Source of the DNA: Octopus vulgaris
Taxonomy: Eukaryota
Assembly: GCA_951406725.2 (NCBI GenBank)
Contig: OX597814.1
Span: forward strand, 137,764,001-137,828,000
DNA length: 64,000 nt
Direction: 5' to 3'
The notes beneath the pieces were generated by a model. The model did no database searches. It was not told the DNA's origin and worked only from the letters and a program-made list of their open reading frames with translations. The translations under genes were made by a program, and so were the position numbers. This document shows, piece after piece, positions 36,187 to 64,000 of the stretch (position 1 is the first letter of the stretch; each line of letters begins with the position of its first letter).

Positions 36187-39174
36187 TATACATACATAGG
36201 GGCATACTTACATAAGTGTGCCTCTTCACCAACTTTATTTCCTCATGACTTTAAGATAAATGGATATCTTTTAATGAAATTTTCTGCAAATACCTTTCAG
36301 AGCATGTAGATTATGATTATATTAGAATTTGATATGGAAAAAAATAGAAAGATTGTTTTGATGAATCATGATACATTTTACACCATGCAGATCAATTTAG
36401 GCCATAACTTTCCCAAAATGTCAAATTAAGCTCTAGAGACTTTAGTGATTGCTCCAACTGACCCTTATAATAAGGATGGGTCTTCCTTTACTGTGGTATC
36501 CCTCTTCTTGTTGGCCATACATTTTTTTCCTTTAAATCCTCTCCTTGAAAAACACTCATACATCATAACAACAGGAGTGACCATCATGTAACACACATGA
36601 ATATATATATATAACACAAATCCACATAAAATACAAATCCAAAAAAGACACAAACATGAGCGAAGAGAGAAAAAAGAAGAAAGAAAATATGAATTCAACA
36701 CTTAGTGTTTCAATTGGTCACATACCACATATTTCATTGGAACCTACTGAAGCAAGCCAACATGTTCGTGGCATTACTTTGGGTAATGACAAGGCTAAGG
36801 TGTTGGAATAGTAATACTAATAGTGCAATTAGTATATAATAATCTAATTTAGAAATACTTTATGCAATGAAGAAGGGACAAATGTAAGCATCTTGGCAAC
36901 TACAGAAGACAACTCTCAACGTGTTTAGGTATTATTAGACTTCCTCAATGAAGTATATATTCAATTATGCTTAATGAAGTAAAAAAAAAAAAGAGCATTG
37001 CTAAATAAATATACAATATTGTACAGAAGTGGTCATGAAACATGATCATTTTTTCTTTTTTTTAAAGAAAATAGTTAATTAGCGAGATTAATTACTCACA
37101 GATGCTATCGACATGAAAACCAGTAATTTAGTTGGTGTTAACATGATGTAATGACCATCAAAAATTTAATTACAAATATTTGTTTTCAAATGGATGGCAT
37201 CTATGAGAAATTAATCTTGACTATAGCTCGCAACTGCTCTATTTTTATTCATTTGCAGCGGTAGGAAAATCTCTGATGCCAAGAAATTTATTAACAGCTA
37301 TTGCAGTTAGTACCTATAAAAAATGATGGGGATGGGTATATGTCTCTCTCCTTTCAGTAAATCTTATTCTTCTGGTTCTGAGCCTTGCTCCATATTATTG
37401 TTGTTTCATTTGGCCTTTCAGTACTCCTTATTCTTTTTTACCTCTTTGGCATTTAGTTTTGATTTTGTAGCATTTCTCTCTTAAACAAGCATTGACTTAT
37501 TGTGATAATCTTTTCTATCTGCAGTTCAGAGTTGAGTAGTGTCTCTATGAGAGAACTTAATTTGTTAGACCTGCAATTACACAGTGTAACAATATTATTA
37601 TTTTTTTTCGTCTTTGGTCAGTAAGTGTTATTTCCTATTTGCCTCCATCTAGAAATAAAAGGAAATGGATACTATTCCCTTCAAACTTTGCTTTTGTGAC
37701 TGGATGAATATCAATGTTTTCAAACTTACTTATCTTCCATTACATTTCAGACAGATCTAGCACCGAGTTGCTGAAGCAGAAATATTGTTATAGCAAATAT
37801 TCTGCTCAATACCACAGATTTGCTTGTTCTTAACCACTTCAGCATGTCCCTTGGTGGCTAACATCTCTGATCATGTGGAGTGGAGGAGCATCATAGCCAT
37901 GTGTTGAGAGGGATCCTTTGGGGTTTGAATAAATGTAACAAAAGTAAAGTTTGAAGGAAATGTTAGCTATTTTTCATACTTATCATTGCCTCCATGAGAT
38001 CCAATGTTCAAAGGGAGTTTTTTAAATGCCACCAGCCTGGGTGTCTGTTACACGACACTGGTATCGGCTATGACCAATTTCACTTGGTTTGACAGGTCTT
38101 CTCAAGCATGGCATGTTGCCAAAGGTCTCAGTCACTTGTCATTGCCTCCACGAGGCTCACTGTTTGAAGATCATGCTTTTCCACTTAGGGCCTAAGTCTT
38201 CATTTGATTTATTTTAATATAAATATATCACAGAAAGGTTAAGCAAATTCAGTCTTTCTCACATCTTAATATAGTCATGCATAACTGTTTTGTCTCATTT
38301 TATTTTGTCTTTTAACAACTCTAAAAAATGTTTTGAATGATCTTGAACAATTTGGTAAGCTGTGACACCATGAGAAAGAAAAAAAAATTAAACTTAAGTT
38401 GAATTAAAATAAACAACAATTAAATAAAACAAAAACAAAACACTGCAAAGAATGTGATCAATTTATTTGCTTCTAAAAATGAAACTGGAAATAAAATACC
38501 AATGAAAATGTTTACTCTTTCTGAGAAGTATATCACATCTTTTTTCTAACCCTCACGTTCAGTCTAATTGAGCAGGCCTCTAATCAAAGGCCTTTCAGCC
38601 AGAGCCATCAGATCTCTTTGTTTATACACTGTCCAGTGTATCCTTTCTGCTTTATATATGATGATAGAATGTGATTTGAGGAAGATTTAGCTGCTATTTC
38701 TACCAGGCTGAGGAACTACATAGACACATACTTAAGCTACTGCTGCTGCTGCTGCTGCTGTTGTTGTTAATGATGTTGATAATGATTTAGTTATTGTTTT
38801 ACATCTGTTGGAACAAACCTGTTAAACAATTTCAGTTTGCCAGCAGTTTGGGGCACAATTCCACCTTTATTATGGGGGGATAAGATGATGAACTAAAAAT
38901 TCAAGACAAAACACATGGTCTCTGTTTTAAAGAATTTGATGGCAACGCTGAGCAGCTTACATAGCTATATACAAGCCACCTTATTGGCTCATGATGGTAT
39001 TCGCAATGGTGGTGGTGGTGGTGGTGTTGTTTGGAAGGTAGTTTGGAGAGTTAAGGATTGATACTTCTAGAATATAAATGGCTACTAAAAAGAGAACAGA
39101 AAAATAATTGGAACATCCAGTATCCATTACAGCCACTAATTTCATTTGTGATGGACAAATATGAATAGTAACTT

Positions 39175-60166
<20,992 letters not shown>

Positions 60167-60364
60167 TACTGTTCTTTATAAATCTGAAGAACAAAAATAG
60201 AAACAAATATGTTTCAACCATAAAAATATTGAAAAAAAAAAAAACAAACAAACAAAAGAAAAACAGCATGCCTTATTTTTATATTCACATCTGTAAAAGA
60301 GAAAAAAAGGAAAGGGTTGTGATGATGATGTTGATGATAATGACAATGATGATGATGATGATGA

Positions 60365-61264
60365 TGGTCGTAATCAATTTTACCTTGTCCTTATTCTTAG
60401 TGCAAGTTTTGAAGAGTGCAGTTCGATTTTAACAGCTATTTATTCAAAGCTATAATGGAAGTGACAAAGGAGCATATTTGCCATATTTTGCTTTATGAGT
60501 TCAATAAAGGCAACAACACAATTGAAAGTGCAAGGAATATTAATGCAGTATATGGGGATCAGACAATAAGCGTAAGCTAGTATCAACAGTGGTTCCAGAA
60601 ATTCCGAGCTGGAAACTAAAGCCTAGAAGATGAGCCTTGTCATGAAAGATCTGTAGAGCTCAACGAGGATGTCCTGCAAACCATGGTGGAATAAAATCCC
60701 ATCGTAACTGTTGAGGAACTAGTAGAAAAGCTTGGATTTGATCCTTCAACCATTCATCAACAACTACATGCTATCGGAAAAGTCAGTAAATTGGGTCAAT
60801 GGGTTCTTCACAAAATTTCCAAGTTTAATCATGTACAGTGAGTGAATGTGCACTCTTCTTTGTTGCCATGTCTCACAAACGAACCTTTTTTGGATTGAAT
60901 AGTGACAGGTGACAAGAAATAGGTTCTCTATAAAAATGTCAAGTGCCGAAGATAGTGGGTAGGAAAAGGAGAGACATTGGCACCCCAGGTTAAAGAAGGT
61001 CTTCATCCATGTAAGGTGTTATCTGTTTGGTGGGATATGAAAGGTTTAGTCCACTTTGAACATTTAAACCCAAACCTAATGATAACAAAGGAGATCTACT
61101 GCAAGCAGCTTCAGTGGCTTAAGTTAGTAATAGAAGAAAAACAACCATCTTTGGTTTCAAGACAGCAAGTGTTCTTCCATCAGGATAATGTTCGGCCACA
61201 TACAGCGAGGATAACATTCCAAAGGCTGGAGAAGTTTGAATGGGGAACAATGTCCCAACCACCA
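60365..61264 (+). mobile_element. Mariner transposase pseudogene (3'-truncated)
   Basis: ATG at 60455: ..HILLYEFNKG..WFQKFRAG..GKVSKLGQWVLH..IVTGDKK*VLY..LHPCKVLSVWWD..FHQDNVRPH..QPP. Multiple in-frame stops; ends before the YSPDL motif and the third catalytic Asp. Confidence 0.92.
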
Positions 61265-63231
61265 AACACACATAATCATATACATATATATTTAGAATGG
61301 TATATGGTCTGGCAGTCATGCTGTTTGGTTCATGGTCAGCAGTTCAATTCCTGGAATGGGTAGTTCTTTGTATATCCTTGTGTATGACATTTCATTTCAC
61401 GCACTCCTGTGTACTCAGCCACAAACAAATACCAGCCTGTTGGCAGTGCAGCTCCCTTGCTCTCTCTCTCTTTCCCACCAGGTTCAATTGCTGAGGCCAC
61501 ATTTACTAGTCAAGGACAAAAGAGCCAAGCGGTTGTTCACTTCCTCTTTCTTCAATGATAGTATATATAGAGAGATATAGAATGAGAAACACATATTACA
61601 AAGGAGACAAAAAAATATAGGTTGAAGAGCAATGCAATTGTATGACATCAAACTTTGCTTTCCTTGTTTTTTATCTTTCATTCTTTCTTTCTCCGGGACA
61701 GTGAAAGAGAGGTTCAGGATGAGAGAAGTGCAATGAGAGAGAGAGAGAGAGAGACACACACACACAGAGTTAGAGAGGGAAAGCGAGGTGAGAATGATGA
61801 TGATGATGATATTGGTGGTTTGAAAACTGGGTCACAAGTGACAATAATAGTCTATTGCTGCATTCTTTTAAATGAATATAGATTTCTGCTTGTTATCTCA
61901 ATTTCACTGTACAATGGCAAGAAAGATTATTCATATTCACACACGCCAACATATGTTTATACAAATTGGCTTCTAATTTTCTATGCATGACTGTGTAGTT
62001 ATGAAGTATCAACTGCATGGTTTCAAATTCAGCTCCAATATGTGTCACCTGAGGCAAGGGGGTTCTCTTACAGCCTGGGCCAACCTGTGTGAATTTGGGC
62101 GACAGAAACCAAAAGAAGCCTGTTTTATCATGTTCATCATCATTTTAATGTCCACTTCTCCATGCTTACAAAGCTCAGGTATAATTTATTGAAGCAGATT
62201 ATCTATGGCTTGTATGCCCTTCCTGATGTCAACCTTCTCCCATTTCCAAGCCAGGTAATATAGCCTCATATTTTCACAGAATATTGGGGAAATGAATAAC
62301 TGCTTCTATGACAGTGACACTCATTTACAACTATCACACTATGCCACACCACAAAGAGCCACACACACATGCATGCATGCACACACATACACATGCACTC
62401 ACTCACTCACAATGGAGATCTTTCAGTTCCCATTACCAAATTCACTCACATGGCTTTGGCTGGGGCTATAGTAGAAGGCAGTAGAACCTAGTTAATAACT
62501 GAACAGGATTCACTTACAGACCATTTCTGACAAATATATTCAGTTAATTAATTCTTCTCCAGGCCTTCTTTTAATGAAAAGTGGGGGTTCAGGGGGGTTT
62601 CGCAGAGAAAATGAAAAGCGTCACTTTTCTCAATTAAAATGTTATATCAACAGTTGAAAAACTTACTCTTGTGTAACTGATACCCTTGACAAAGGCATGA
62701 ATATCACAAAATCCAACTGTATCTGCATATTCTGATAGTTCTTATACTGTATCAAACACTAGTCAAACCATCACACGTTGCTTGTATCACAAGCCTGAGA
62801 TATTCAGTGACATTCAATCGTCATAGAGAAGGACAAGATGACTTTTCTTTGGCACATGATGTGGAAACTATTTATTTTGATGAGGGCCTACTATATATGC
62901 GTTTTCACAGATAATGCTTTAAAGAGGTGTATATAGCAATGGTAAAAAAAAAAAAGAAAAGAAAAAAGAACATGTCACCAACCTCTACTTACTGAAATGA
63001 ATGAAATACCAATGTGTGTAGGTAGCTGCAACAGTTTGCTGTCTCTTGAGAATGTAAGTAACTGTAATATGAAACTATCTCTCTGAAATTTAAGATAACA
63101 TTAAATATTTAAAACAGTTGAGTTATGACATAAAATTCAAGTCAGATAAATTATGAATTTGAATCAAACTGTTCTGATCCATACATGTAACTCCCAATAA
63201 ATTGGTTGAGTGTCCTTCTTTTGCTTGTCTA

Positions 63232-63296
<65 letters not shown>

Positions 63297-63703
63297 TTTG
63301 CCTGTACGGCTGATAATTCGCTTACCACTTGTGATGGTCTTTTAATAATACCATCACTATATATATATATATATATGTGTATATATATATTGTGTGTGTG
63401 TGTGTGTGTGTGGAGGCGCAATGGCCCAATGGTTAGGGTAGCGGACTCACGGTTTCGATTCCCAGGCCGGGCGTTGTGAGTGTTTATTGAGCGAAAACAC
63501 CTAAAGCTCTACGAGGCTCCGGCAGGGGGTGGTGGCGATCCCTACTGTACTCTTTCGCCACAACTTTCTCTCATTCTTTCTTCTGTTGGCCTGCTCGCAT
63601 AGCCCGCGGGGTGGTGTCATTTGAAGGCTAAAACAATGCGAAGCACATTGTGACCAGCGATGTGTAGCAACATCTGATAGCCTGGTCAGTCATGGTAATC
63701 ACG

Positions 63704-63762
<59 letters not shown>

Positions 63763-64000
63763 GTATATATACTTTGGGTATGGTAGATGAGTTCAGTAAA
63801 AATTTAGATTCAGATGAATATGGTACTTAAGTTGAGGCACCAGAATTTAGTACGGTATTATCCATTTCAAAGTAAGGTGATTAAAATCAAAATAAGCTAC
63901 AAGGATATCCAGAGGTAATGCAGTACGATCGTTTCATGAAACTCCATTTAATTGAACAATGCAACCATTACATCAATTTAAACCTGGATTTAAAACACTG

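Noticed and set aside
60455-61363. Possible domesticated mariner (SETMAR-like) gene, ORF 60977-61363
   Set aside because: Several in-frame stops upstream, truncated before the third catalytic Asp, no splice link to a host exon.
63900-64000. Minus-strand GAAA-CGATCG-TA, the 3' half of a Penelope-type hammerhead
   Set aside because: The CUGANGA half would lie beyond the window edge, so it cannot be supported here.

Overview
AT-rich, microsatellite- and SINE-dense animal genomic DNA. The SINE/LINE repertoire and (TA)n/(CA)n load point to an octopus/coleoid cephalopod (inference). Three intron-containing genes were assembled by hand. (1) The 3' part of an FMNL-like formin on + (7 exons, 1562-8980), which contains a canonical U12-type AT-AC intron (4920-5754) and ends in a PDZ-binding-like EVTCL*. 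(2) A promethin/LDAF1 (TMEM159)-like lipid-droplet protein gene on - (25038-17830). Its product carries a ~280-aa disordered tail ending in a LIR-like WEVL motif, and the gene has a candidate in-frame cassette exon. (3) A complete 14-coding-exon argininosuccinate synthase (ASS1) on - (60166-39175, 419 aa). The remainder is decayed RTE, CR1, Tx1 and Penelope-like retroelements (one hammerhead-ribozyme motif), mariner/hAT/piggyBac-type DNA elements, Helentron-associated elements and several tRNA-derived SINE families. Most entries in the ORF track are spurious. The best candidate for an undescribed system is an LDAF1-type membrane hairpin protein with the architecture of a selective-autophagy (lipophagy/ER-phagy) receptor.
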